Origin: Candidatus Zhuqueibacterota bacterium
GTDB taxonomy: Bacteria; Zhuqueibacterota; Zhuqueibacteria; Residuimicrobiales; Krinioviventaceae
DNA length: 64,000 bases
Reading direction: 5' to 3'
NCBI GenBank assembly: GCA_016929295.1
Contig: JAFGJB010000153.1
Coordinates: 10,830 to 74,829, forward strand
The position numbers and the translations under genes were made by a program. Shown here piece by piece: positions 1 to 9,539 of this stretch. Below the pieces are notes generated by a model that was not told the origin of the DNA, made no database searches, and worked only from the letters and a program-made list of their open reading frames with translations. The first letter of the stretch is position 1; each line of letters begins with the position of its first letter.

Positions 1-423
1 GCTCGCCGCCGGACAACTCTTCCGGATACTTGCGCGATTTGTGACTGAGACCGACATCGGCCAGAGCCCGCAGCACCTTGCGCTTGATCACCTTGCCGCG
101 AACTCCCACCACTTCCAGAACAAAGGAAATATTGCGAAAGACATCGCGATCATTGAGCAATTTGAAATCCTGAAAGACGATCCCCAGTTTGCGGCGAAGA
201 TAGGGAATATCCTGCTTTGACACAAACAACGAATTATATTCGCCGACGATGATATGGCCTTCGCTCGGCCTCTCCTCTAAAAATATAGACTTGAGTACAG
301 TCGATTTGCCGGCGCCACTCGGGCCAACCAGAAATACCACCTCGCCGGGATTGACCTTGAAAGTGATCTGCTGAATGCCATCACCGGTTGGATAGGACAC
401 TTTGACGTTATGCAGTTCTAACA
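1..423 (-). CDS. ftsE: Cell division ABC-transporter ATP-binding protein FtsE, partial (C-terminus runs off window start)
   Basis: Manual reverse translation from the ATG at 423..421 gives MLELHNVKVSYPTGDGIQQITFKVNPGEVVFLVGPSGAGKSTVLK...LSGGE: Walker A, Q-loop and ABC signature LSGGE in FtsE order. Not in the ORF track because no stop lies in the window. Confidence 0.85.
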
Positions 424-1188
424 TGTCGAGCTATTTTTCTTCAAGACAAAATGTACGCGTTCGCAGTTTTCGTGATACGGCTCCAGAGAGAATTCTTTGT
501 ATCCCGCAATGAGGCTGAATGGTGAATGGTCGATCAGAGCGACTATCTCTTCAAGATGCCGTATGCGCTGATGATGCGTCTCACAAAACAGATGTCCCGG
601 CTGGTGTGATAATTTTATTTCAAAATAGTTCGTCTGAATATTCTCTTTCCTGTCGAAGGTCGATCTTCGATGGTAGCTTCCGCCGGCGAAGGACTCACTA
701 TGAATATATCGTGCAAAGTCTTTTCTGGAATTATAGATCGTGCTGACATCGAAAATAAAGAGCCCGTTGTCCTTGAGGGCGAGAAAAATTTCGCGCAAAG
801 ACTTGTGCCACGATTCGGCCTTCATGAGATAGTTCATGCTGTCATAGAGCGAGACCATGACATCCGGCTGCGCCGCGAAGGGTAGCGAACGGAGGTCAGC
901 ACAAATATAGCTGTTTTTTTGCGGCAGTGTTTTACGCGCCGCCTGCTTCAACATGGCCGGCGAGCGATCCATGCCGGTCACATTATAGCCGTATCTGGCC
1001 AATAGCAGGCACAGCGTGCCGGTGCCGCACGATATATCAACGATCCAGTGACTGTGGGGCCGAAATCGAGTTATAATTTCATGAATATAGGCCGCCCAGC
1101 GCTTATAGTTGACGTGCGCCATCACATCATCATAGATATGTGCCAGGGCGGAATAGGGCGCCACACGCTTTTTTGCAACCCATATCAT
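418..1188 (-). CDS. Class I SAM-dependent methyltransferase
   Basis: VDISCGTGTLCLLLARYGYNVTGMDRS is methyltransferase motif I (GxGxG-like) with a downstream acidic motif II. A 4-bp overlap with the ftsE start suggests co-transcription. Confidence 0.8.
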   Translation of the reverse strand: MIWVAKKRVAPYSALAHIYDDVMAHVNYKRWAAYIHEIITRFRPHSHWIVDISCGTGTLCLLLARYGYNVTGMDRSPAMLKQAARKTLPQKNSYICADLRSLPFAAQPDVMVSLYDSMNYLMKAESWHKSLREIFLALKDNGLFIFDVSTIYNSRKDFARYIHSESFAGGSYHRRSTFDRKENIQTNYFEIKLSHQPGHLFCETHHQRIRHLEEIVALIDHSPFSLIAGYKEFSLEPYHENCERVHFVLKKNSSTC

Positions 1189-1286
1189 TTGATTAAAATA
1201 TAGGCAGTTTTTTTTTAAAAGCCAATTTGTTTAGGACGATGCAACCACCCAAAAGCGCCGTTCGCCGAGGCTCGTCACGATTCGGA

Positions 1287-1688
1287 TCAACCTTCGCACA
1301 CCTTGACAATACAGGACCTTGACCGCGGTCCGTCAAATTCACAAAAATAGAGAGATTGCCATGTTCCGTAGAGTGGACGACCATCTTCAATGATCAACGT
1401 AAGTGAGGGGCCGATCACACTCGACTTTATATGGGCGGCAGAATTGCCTTCCATATGAGAATAGCCATCGTCGAACGGGACGATCTTGTTGATCTCTTTT
1501 GTCATGTCACGCACCACATCAGGATCGGCATTTTCATTGATCGTCACCGCCGCTGTGGTGTGCGGCACGAAAATGAGACAAAAGCCATCCGCGACACCGC
1601 TGTTGCGGATGATCTCTTGCACCTCGCGATCGATATTGATGAATTGCACCCCCTGTGATGTCTTGATATGCAGTCTTGTTGATTTCAT
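1287..1688 (-). CDS. yjbQ: YjbQ/UPF0047 family secondary thiamine-phosphate synthase-like protein
   Basis: 133 aa. Motifs HTTAAVTINENADPDV, AHIKSSVIGPSLT and GTWQSLYFCEFDGP are typical of the YjbQ family. Confidence 0.85.
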   Translation of the reverse strand: MKSTRLHIKTSQGVQFINIDREVQEIIRNSGVADGFCLIFVPHTTAAVTINENADPDVVRDMTKEINKIVPFDDGYSHMEGNSAAHIKSSVIGPSLTLIIEDGRPLYGTWQSLYFCEFDGPRSRSCIVKVCEG

Positions 1689-1705
1689 GCGTCGCTCTCG
1701 TTTGC

Positions 1706-2317
1706 CTAAAATATGCCAACAGCCAATGAGCTGGATGCCGTGAATCCGGACAGGTTGCCGTCTTGCAATCCCGGGGCCTTTACTCCGGATACGAATCGAT
1801 AAATAAATCCGATATTTACCTTTACATATTCTGATATATTGAAATTGATGTTCACGGTTGGTTCGACAAAAAGGTGTCGATCATCGATTAACGCCTCAAA
1901 ATAGGCCGGCTCCTCATATATAACATGGCCCACGCCCATCAATATGGCGAGAGAAAAATGCGCCTGTTTTTCAGGTGTGAAATAATATTCAAACTCTATT
2001 CCCGCTTTATTTGTGTCAAACAGATAATAGTTACCGTCCTGTTGCGGTTGCACGGCGTCCGGCGCATAGACTTTATAGTGAGTTAAATACTTTGCCATAT
2101 CAAAATATGCCGCACCCAGGCTAAAATGGCGATTGACAATCCACCCCATTCGAAAGCCATACATACCATACCAGGCATCTTTCACATTGGCGCACGTGAC
2201 AGAAGCGGCGATAAATCCGCCATGCTGAGCATTGCCTCTGGTCAACGTCTGCTTTTCCTCCATCTCCGACAGCACGATACTGGCCAACATGAAAATTAAA
2301 AGCAAGGCCTTTTTCAA
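1706..2317 (-). CDS. Hypothetical outer-membrane beta-barrel (porin-like) protein
   Basis: N-terminal signal peptide MKKALLLIFMLASIVLS, alternating hydrophobic beta-strand pattern, C-terminal aromatic residue (..LAVGIF) typical of OMP barrels. Confidence 0.5.
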   Translation of the reverse strand: MKKALLLIFMLASIVLSEMEEKQTLTRGNAQHGGFIAASVTCANVKDAWYGMYGFRMGWIVNRHFSLGAAYFDMAKYLTHYKVYAPDAVQPQQDGNYYLFDTNKAGIEFEYYFTPEKQAHFSLAILMGVGHVIYEEPAYFEALIDDRHLFVEPTVNINFNISEYVKVNIGFIYRFVSGVKAPGLQDGNLSGFTASSSLAVGIF

Positions 2318-2332
2318 AATTCGTCATCCATT

Positions 2333-3601
2333 CTATGTTTTCAGCTTTTTCTTCTTGGCTGCAGGGAATAGAATGTTGTTCAGAATGAGTCGATAGCCGG
2401 GTGAATTTTTATGCAAAGAGAGCTGCGTGGGAGGATCATTGACAAAATGCTGATAGTCTTCAGGATCATGTCCCGCATAGTAGGTGAACGTCCCCTTGCC
2501 GAAATTGCCATGCACGTACTTGACCTGTTCCGTACCTTCGGCTTCGCCCAAAATGACGACGGATGGCTTGATGAGGCTCTTTTTAAAACCCGTGGTTTGC
2601 CCCATAAAACCTTTAATCGCATTGACATGGCACTGGGTGAGCATCGTCGGCACCGGATCGTACTTGGCGGAAAATTCAAAAAGTGTAAAATAGTCCGCTT
2701 CTGCGCCGCGCAGGAGCGGCGCATAGCTTGGCGGGATATCGATATCAGAGTATTCATAGAGCAGCGGATTCGGATCGATGGTGAAATTTTCAAAAGCCAG
2801 AGTATTGGCATAGTCCAGTTTTGACTGAGCCCCGGGCTCCACCGGGTCGCCATCAAAAACAGCATCCACAATATCCACGCCCATGGCAGCCAGAGCGATA
2901 TCAAAAGTGTCTGTGGCCGAGCACATGGCAAAAACAAAACCACCACGGCGAATATAGTCCTGAATGGCCAGGACAACGGCTTTTTTTAGCTCGGATACTT
3001 TGGCAAATCCCAGCCGCTGCGCCATCGCCTCATTTTTTTCGACTTCATCTCTATACCAGGCGGTATTTCTGTAATTTGCATAAAACTTGCCATATTGACC
3101 GGTAAAGTCCTCATGATGAAGATGGAGCCAGTCGTAGAGCTCCAGCTCGCCGCCGAGGACCTTGTCATCCCATAATTTGTCGTGCGGAATTTCAGCATAT
3201 TCCAGCGCCATCAACACCGCATCATCCCACGCCTGCTTGTTTGGCGGGGCATATATGGCAATTTTCGGCGCCTTTTCGAGCAACACCTTGTCCATATTCT
3301 CTTCATCAATGACCGCATACAGCTGCGCCATCTCACTGCCGCCGAGCAATGAAAAGGATACGCCGCGAATGCGCAGCTCTCTCTCGACAGCCGGATAGTG
3401 ATCCATCAAAAAGGAGCCGCCGCGATAGTTGAGCAGCCACTCGACATTGATGCCGTTCTCAAGGGTCCAATAGGCAACGCCATAAGCTTTCAGATGATCA
3501 GCCTGCTGCAAGTCCATATAAACGAGTATTTTTTGGGCGCAAGCGGACGAAGAAAAAAACATAAAGAGGAGCCACAATAGCAGAATATTTTTCGTTGTCA
3601 T
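2333..3601 (-). CDS. Secreted hypothetical protein (possible glutamine-amidotransferase-like fold); last gene of DUF4159 operon
   Basis: Signal peptide MTTKNILLLWLLFMFFSSSACAQ. 422 aa. Start overlaps the stop of the upstream TPR gene by 4 bp, suggesting translational coupling. No diagnostic catalytic motif recognised. Confidence 0.6.
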   Translation of the reverse strand: MTTKNILLLWLLFMFFSSSACAQKILVYMDLQQADHLKAYGVAYWTLENGINVEWLLNYRGGSFLMDHYPAVERELRIRGVSFSLLGGSEMAQLYAVIDEENMDKVLLEKAPKIAIYAPPNKQAWDDAVLMALEYAEIPHDKLWDDKVLGGELELYDWLHLHHEDFTGQYGKFYANYRNTAWYRDEVEKNEAMAQRLGFAKVSELKKAVVLAIQDYIRRGGFVFAMCSATDTFDIALAAMGVDIVDAVFDGDPVEPGAQSKLDYANTLAFENFTIDPNPLLYEYSDIDIPPSYAPLLRGAEADYFTLFEFSAKYDPVPTMLTQCHVNAIKGFMGQTTGFKKSLIKPSVVILGEAEGTEQVKYVHGNFGKGTFTYYAGHDPEDYQHFVNDPPTQLSLHKNSPGYRLILNNILFPAAKKKKLKT

Positions 3602-5439
3602 TTTTTCTCTTCCAGCTTTCTGACTCTTTCCCTGGCGCGTTCCAGGTGGATGCTGCCGGGAAATTCTGCCAGTAATTTCTCATATCGTTGCTGCGCCAGG
3701 GCATAGTCGGCGATATCCTGTTCGTATATCTCCGCCGATGTCAGCAGGGCTTCATCCCGGCAGTAACTGTCCTGGTCGGCGTAAATGCTGTCAAGAGCTG
3801 AGACGGCCGGCGCAAAGTCTTTCATCTTTCGATATGCTTCCGCTAGTAAAAGCCGTAACTCGCTACGTAGCAGTGAATTGCGGCTTTCTGACAGGTGCAC
3901 TTCCAGAGCCGTTTTCGCTGCTTCATAGCGCCGTTGGTTCATCAGCAAGCGCGATTTTCCCAAAACGGCCAATCCGGTCGAATCGTGAATGTTATCCTGT
4001 AAAAGTATACTCAGCTCCAGAGCGTCATTCTCCAATTCATCGACGCGAGTCGTGGGCACAGCGGCCGATAGATCAGCGAGATAATTCAGGCTTGCACGCG
4101 GCCGCATGCGATAAAATTCCAGATATGCCAGTTGCAAAAGACAGGCGTCCTTCAAGTCCGGCGCTTTCAGCGTCCTGGAAAAGGCATTCTGCAGATAATT
4201 TTCAGCGCCCGTCAGATCATCTCTGGCGAGAGCGCATTCGGCGAGGCGAAACCATGTCTGGATTTGCAGTCGATTGTCAGGATAGTGCAGCGCGCGTTTG
4301 TAAGCGCTTTCAGCCTGGCTGATATCGAACAGGTGCTGAAAGGAAATCTCGCCGATCTGCAGCAAGGCATTTCGCGTGTCTTCGGCGGATTCATTCGACT
4401 CGACAAAGAGCTGCAGGGCAGCGAGCGCCTGCGCATAATTCCGGTTTTTCACATAGACGTTTGCCAGATTGAGGCGTGATTTTGCCACAAATTTGCTGTC
4501 AGGCAGATCTGCAATGATCGCCAGCAAAGCTTCTTCGGCATATTGTGTTGCCCCCGCATTCAACGCCATATTGGCAAAGTCGAAGAGATACTTGCCGCTC
4601 TGAGAGGGGGCAAAAATCTTGTCCGCCTTGCCCTGCAGCAGGGCTGACTCCAGCTCTCGGTAATGCAGCAGCGCGTTATCATAAATATCGAGCGCGCTGT
4701 AGGCATCGGCGAGAAAGAGATGAATTGCCCACTCGATTTCGCCCTGATTTTTGAGCGCCTTGTTCAACTCCTTGAGCAGAACCCGAACATCCGGCTGATT
4801 TTGGCAAAATCGCTGCAATTCCGTCGATAAAAACGCGATTTGTTGGGGATGAGTTTGCGCATAGCGCAGATATTCGTGAACCAGCTTCTCTTGTTCGTTG
4901 GTTATTTTATAGAGATTCGCCATTTCGAACATGTAAACAGTCTCATCTTTCAACATCGCGCGAGCGGACTGAAAAACGCCGATGGCCTCTTCATAAAGCT
5001 GCGCTTCCGCGTAAATCTGGCCGATCAGAGCATAAGCCTGTTGATCATATGGATTCTCCTGCAGAATCCGTTTCCATGCCTCTCGAGCCGTCGCTTCATC
5101 GCCTCTCGCATGAATGATCCAGGCCAGATCGACGCGATAGCGAATGTCGCGGCGCTTTTGTTCGAGCATATGAATCAGCTGCTCCAAGCGATCGTAATCG
5201 CGCAACTGTGCAAGAGCGCGTTTGGCGCCAAGGTAGGCGACGACATCTTGCGGATTAGCCAGGCATGCCCGGATATAAAAGTCCGCGGCGTTCTCATACT
5301 GACCGACTCTTTCGAATGATTCTGCCATCCTTTTCAGAGTCAGAAGGTCATCCTTGTTCGCCGGTTGAGCATGGCTCGCCGTCTGCAACAGAAAGAGCGC
5401 GGCGAAAAAAAATAGTGCCCTATTCTTGCGACATTTCAT
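3598..5439 (-). CDS. Tetratricopeptide-repeat protein with signal peptide
   Basis: Signal peptide ...FFFAALFLLQTASHAQ, then multiple 34-aa helical repeats with the A/Y/L pattern of TPR. Overlaps both neighbouring genes (3598/3601 and 5420/5439). Confidence 0.7.
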   Translation of the reverse strand: MKCRKNRALFFFAALFLLQTASHAQPANKDDLLTLKRMAESFERVGQYENAADFYIRACLANPQDVVAYLGAKRALAQLRDYDRLEQLIHMLEQKRRDIRYRVDLAWIIHARGDEATAREAWKRILQENPYDQQAYALIGQIYAEAQLYEEAIGVFQSARAMLKDETVYMFEMANLYKITNEQEKLVHEYLRYAQTHPQQIAFLSTELQRFCQNQPDVRVLLKELNKALKNQGEIEWAIHLFLADAYSALDIYDNALLHYRELESALLQGKADKIFAPSQSGKYLFDFANMALNAGATQYAEEALLAIIADLPDSKFVAKSRLNLANVYVKNRNYAQALAALQLFVESNESAEDTRNALLQIGEISFQHLFDISQAESAYKRALHYPDNRLQIQTWFRLAECALARDDLTGAENYLQNAFSRTLKAPDLKDACLLQLAYLEFYRMRPRASLNYLADLSAAVPTTRVDELENDALELSILLQDNIHDSTGLAVLGKSRLLMNQRRYEAAKTALEVHLSESRNSLLRSELRLLLAEAYRKMKDFAPAVSALDSIYADQDSYCRDEALLTSAEIYEQDIADYALAQQRYEKLLAEFPGSIHLERARERVRKLEEKK

Positions 5440-8400
5440 ATTCTGTCAACGCCTTGAAATAGTGCTCAATCACCTCCAGGTAATCACGAGTATAGCCTTC
5501 CTTCTTGGCGCGCATCAGGGCCTGATCGAGTTGATTTTCTCTTTCTCCCAGCGATGGAGGAAGTTCATCGGGGCTCCTTGTGACATAGTCTTTTCCTCGT
5601 TCGGCTTGTCGCTCGCGGCTGAATTCTCTTTGATGTACCGATTTTTGCGCATCCAGCATGCGGGATAAAATTCGGTTTTGGCGATTGATCGTATCGCGCG
5701 TTATATTTTGATTGACAAAATCATCCTCGACTTTTTTCATCTCCTCGGCTATGTGGTCCAGACTTCCCAACACCTCGGACATGCCCGCTGCTTCGCGGGC
5801 CAGCTGTTCCATGGATTTGCGCACCTGGCGCTGCTCCGCCGCCAGTCTCGCCATGGCAGCCTGTTGACCGAGAGTCAGCATGCCCTCGGATCCCAAAGCT
5901 TGCGATTGTTGGTTTATCTGACTTTGAGAATCGCCCATCTGCTGCATCTGCTGTAAAAACTGTTGATAACTCATGCCGCCGCCGCCCCCTTGCTGCTGCA
6001 TATTTTGCATCGACTGCTGCAATTGACGGACAGCGGCGTTGAGAGCCATCATAGCATTGCCCTGGTTCACCGAAGCATTTGCCGCATTTCGACTCTCCAT
6101 ATACGCGAGCGCATCGTCCATGCTCATCATCGCCTGGCCGAGAGAACGGCTCACCTGCGGGTCCATACCGAAATTTTCCTTCATTGCCTGCGACATATCG
6201 TCGGCAACGCGCTCGAGGCCGGCAGCGATCTGCTGCTGCTGGTTCGCCTGATCGGGAAATTCCGCGCTGTTGAGCGGCATGCTCTTTGTCCCGTGCATGA
6301 CTTTTTCCTGGCGTTTGGATAACTGCAGCAATTCCCGCTGACTCTTGCGCATGGCCTTTAGCGCCTCTTGTTGCATCTGGCCACTCAAGAGCTGTTTGGC
6401 CATATCCAGTTGAGCGGCGATGTTTTCGAACGAGCCTGCGGCTTGAGATGATTTTTGTGGAACATTTTGCAAGAGATTTCTTGCCAGCAAATCTTGCAGT
6501 GTCGTCAGATTATCCTGCAGATTCTGGCTTTGCATCTCTGCGGCAGCATCATTGATCTGTTGATTCGGCATGGTCGGGATATCTTGAGATTCGCGTTGCA
6601 GCTCATTCAGCAGATCGGATAATGCGGCGGAATCTCTGCTGATCCGCTCCTGCTCCGCGTGCAGCCGCTGATGGTCGGGTTGCCGTTGCGCGCCCTCGGT
6701 GATGGAGGATTGTCTTGCCTGCAGATCGTGCGCCATTTTTAGCGCCTGATCCAATTTTTGTTCAGCTTTTAATTTTTTCAACAACGAGATCGTCCGGTCC
6801 AGCGTCTTTTCATACTCTTCGGCGTTCAGTTTTATTTCTTCCATGGCCTGACGTATCATCTCTTCATCCAGATTCTGCAGGGCCTCGGCCATTTTTTCCA
6901 TCGCCGTTTGCAGTTCAGGCGTCATGATCTCCTGATATAATTGCTGAATCTCCTGTAACTTGGTTGCTGTTTCCGGCGTGAAGAGATCGTTCTTTGTGAT
7001 CTTTTCGACCATGCTTTCCATTTTTTGCGTCAGCTCTTGAATATTTTTGTCGATCTCTTTCTGTTGCTCAACGGCCTGCTCTATTTCCTGCTTTTGCTGC
7101 CAGTCCATATCCGATGTCCGTTTCATATCCAGCGACAGTTGATCAAATTTCTTCTGCAATTCGCGGTTTTTCTCCAGGGTCTCGGCAAATGCATCTGTCA
7201 CATCATCCTGTTCAGTCGCAAACTCTTCATACATCTCATAGAGGGATGGAAAACGGGCCCGATACATGGCGCTGCGGGAACTCTTTGGGCCGCTGATGTC
7301 GTCATTGTCAAAGGCTTGTACATAGTAGACAAGAACATCTGTCGGAAACATCTCCTGCTGAGATAGATCCCAATTGAAGGCTATACGCAGCTCTTCCTCA
7401 TCTGCAGCGAATCCCCGTATGGGAGTCAAGGCAAAGCGCGCCGAGTCCGGCTCGCCTTCGCCACCCGGGAGGAGCTGATGGGCGAGCTGGAGTTTCGAAA
7501 TGCCAAAATCGTCTTGCGCCTCGATGGCGAGCGGGATCAGCATATCATCAGCGAGATCTATATCCCGCCCCGGGGTGACAATCTGCACGAAAGGAGCATT
7601 ATCCGGCATGACAGTTATCTGATAGGTGATGGGGGCGGCATTGCTGTGGCCGGCATCATCCGTCAGATTAATCGAATAAGTGTCATTCTGCCTGATGATG
7701 AAATCAGCGGAGATTCGCCGATCCTGAACATCAATACTCCTCCTGTCATCGGAAAAAAGCAGATAACCGAAATCCAGTTCTTTATTGGCGATGCCGGCAA
7801 GCTTGATTCTTGATCCCTTGAGCGCATAAATATCGCCGATATTTTCATCCAGCAGTGAGGATTCAATGCCAGCGTAGGCAGGAGGATCGACGCGCACCTG
7901 CAGGGAGCGCAGCATGGGGCGTTCGATGGGATAGACTGAAAAAACGCGCGAACGAATATCCCGCAATGAAAAAGAGTAGTTCAGGGTGTCGCGTATATTG
8001 GGAAAGGTGTGAGAAAAAGAATCAGCCATGGACCGCTGCAAGGTCAGCTGTTGCTGTCCGGATGGATTTTCAAAATGCAGCGTGAGTGACATGGCGCTGC
8101 TGTCAGAAAGCCACGCGCGCACGCGGAGATCCTGTCCTTTTATCACGCTTGCATCGCCCGGCACGACGACAAAGTCAATTTTTTCTTCGCCACGGACATC
8201 GGCGGCAGGAGACAACAGCCGCGCCAGCCCGACGGAAAAAAAGCTGCTGAACAGGAGGCCGGGAAGGAGAGAGAGTGCAACCAGGATGGCCAGCTTTTGG
8301 CCGGCACTTTTGGTCTGTGCGGCATTCACTTTCGAACTGAACTGTTCATCACCGATGAGATGTTCTATTTTAGCCAGGGAAGCCTCGATCAGATCGACCG

Positions 8401-8782
8401 AATATCTCCCTTCATCCCTTTCATAGTTTTCATAAAGTTGAAGAGCATTCACCAGCCGATCATCGACATTTGCATACAGTGCCCCCACTCGCAGCGCCAC
8501 GTCGGCCATATCGGGTCTGAACAATGAGACAAACGATCGCAGCGTGCGGCCGCCATGAATCAGCCCAACGATCAGCAACACGCATGACAATGCGATGAGA
8601 CAGGCAAGTCGCCACGCTTTCCCTGGCAGCAGCGCCAGTGCGAGAGTGGACATAAAGACAGCGGGGATCATGACGATGAAAATTGCCATCAGGCCCTGCA
8701 CCGTCGCCAGCGTTTTCTCTTTGCGATAATATCGCTTGAGATTGGCGACGAGCTTGAGAAATGTCGGGGTGTTTTGTTTCAT
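5420..8782 (-). CDS. Giant membrane-anchored coiled-coil protein (1120 aa) with poly-Q/low-complexity C-terminal half
   Basis: Two N-terminal TM helices (IFIVMIPAVFMSTLALALL, LACLIALSCVLLIVGLI) and a third at about residue 170. A beta-rich middle region, then ~550 aa rich in E/K/Q/M with heptad character and a QQQGGGGGMSYQQFLQQMQQM tract. The stop overlaps the DUF4159 gene start. Confidence 0.7.
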   Translation of the reverse strand: MKQNTPTFLKLVANLKRYYRKEKTLATVQGLMAIFIVMIPAVFMSTLALALLPGKAWRLACLIALSCVLLIVGLIHGGRTLRSFVSLFRPDMADVALRVGALYANVDDRLVNALQLYENYERDEGRYSVDLIEASLAKIEHLIGDEQFSSKVNAAQTKSAGQKLAILVALSLLPGLLFSSFFSVGLARLLSPAADVRGEEKIDFVVVPGDASVIKGQDLRVRAWLSDSSAMSLTLHFENPSGQQQLTLQRSMADSFSHTFPNIRDTLNYSFSLRDIRSRVFSVYPIERPMLRSLQVRVDPPAYAGIESSLLDENIGDIYALKGSRIKLAGIANKELDFGYLLFSDDRRSIDVQDRRISADFIIRQNDTYSINLTDDAGHSNAAPITYQITVMPDNAPFVQIVTPGRDIDLADDMLIPLAIEAQDDFGISKLQLAHQLLPGGEGEPDSARFALTPIRGFAADEEELRIAFNWDLSQQEMFPTDVLVYYVQAFDNDDISGPKSSRSAMYRARFPSLYEMYEEFATEQDDVTDAFAETLEKNRELQKKFDQLSLDMKRTSDMDWQQKQEIEQAVEQQKEIDKNIQELTQKMESMVEKITKNDLFTPETATKLQEIQQLYQEIMTPELQTAMEKMAEALQNLDEEMIRQAMEEIKLNAEEYEKTLDRTISLLKKLKAEQKLDQALKMAHDLQARQSSITEGAQRQPDHQRLHAEQERISRDSAALSDLLNELQRESQDIPTMPNQQINDAAAEMQSQNLQDNLTTLQDLLARNLLQNVPQKSSQAAGSFENIAAQLDMAKQLLSGQMQQEALKAMRKSQRELLQLSKRQEKVMHGTKSMPLNSAEFPDQANQQQQIAAGLERVADDMSQAMKENFGMDPQVSRSLGQAMMSMDDALAYMESRNAANASVNQGNAMMALNAAVRQLQQSMQNMQQQGGGGGMSYQQFLQQMQQMGDSQSQINQQSQALGSEGMLTLGQQAAMARLAAEQRQVRKSMEQLAREAAGMSEVLGSLDHIAEEMKKVEDDFVNQNITRDTINRQNRILSRMLDAQKSVHQREFSRERQAERGKDYVTRSPDELPPSLGERENQLDQALMRAKKEGYTRDYLEVIEHYFKALTEYEMSQE

Positions 8783-9525
8783 TGGGTTAGAGCATAGATG
8801 ATGATATTGACGCCCATCTGCAGCGCTTTTTCACGCACGGCCTCCGGGTTGCCATGCACCTCCGCGTCAGCCCAGCCGTCCGAAATATTGGTGTTGACAC
8901 TGTAAAAAGCAACCATGCGTCCGTTGTGAAAATAGGCATACGCCGCCGGTGGGCCGCCATCGTGTTCGTGAATTTTCGGCAGACCGCTCGGAAATTCAAA
9001 ATGATTATGAAAAACAGGGTGACTGAAAGGCACTGGCACCATTTCTTTGTTCGGAAACACCTTGGTCATTTCCTGGCGAAAGTATTGATCCATGCCATAA
9101 TCATCATCGGCGTACAAAAATCCGCCGTTTGTCAAATAAGCGAACAGCCGTTCTGCCTCTTTGGCTGAAAAGGATATCCTTCCATGGCCTGTCATGAAGA
9201 GAAACGGAAATGAGAATAGATTATCATCCAGCAACGAAACTCGCGCCTCCTCCTGAGCGACGTGAACGGCGGACTGTTCTCCAAGATAGTTCAGCATATT
9301 GGGCACGCTCGACGGATCATTGTACCAATCCCCGCCACCGCTGTATTTCAGCCGAGCGATGGTGAACGCACTCGTCGCCTCGCTGACCTGGGACAAGGCA
9401 CTCTCGGTGAGGGTGATCATGGCAAATGCCGCTAAAAACAGTGTCAATGAATATCTCATATACGCTTCGTACCAACAATCAGGCCATGAGCAAAAAAGCC
9501 GGCGCAAACCGGCTTTTTTCATCAA
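8779..9525 (-). CDS. DUF4159 domain protein (secreted)
   Basis: Conserved LKYSGGGDWYNDPSSVPNML block (the GGG motif of DUF4159). Signal peptide likely begins at internal Met (MRYSLTLFLAAFAMITLTESA), so the true start may be about 9459. Confidence 0.65.
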   Translation of the reverse strand: MMKKAGLRRLFCSWPDCWYEAYMRYSLTLFLAAFAMITLTESALSQVSEATSAFTIARLKYSGGGDWYNDPSSVPNMLNYLGEQSAVHVAQEEARVSLLDDNLFSFPFLFMTGHGRISFSAKEAERLFAYLTNGGFLYADDDYGMDQYFRQEMTKVFPNKEMVPVPFSHPVFHNHFEFPSGLPKIHEHDGGPPAAYAYFHNGRMVAFYSVNTNISDGWADAEVHGNPEAVREKALQMGVNIIIYALTQ

Positions 9526-9539
9526 GAATGACGGCAGAT

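Noticed and set aside
5900-6020. CTG/CAG-rich repetitive DNA (possible repeat array)
   Set aside because: It encodes the poly-Q/Gly low-complexity tract of the 1120-aa coiled-coil protein. There are no spacer-separated direct repeats, and no CRISPR-like arrays were found anywhere in the window.
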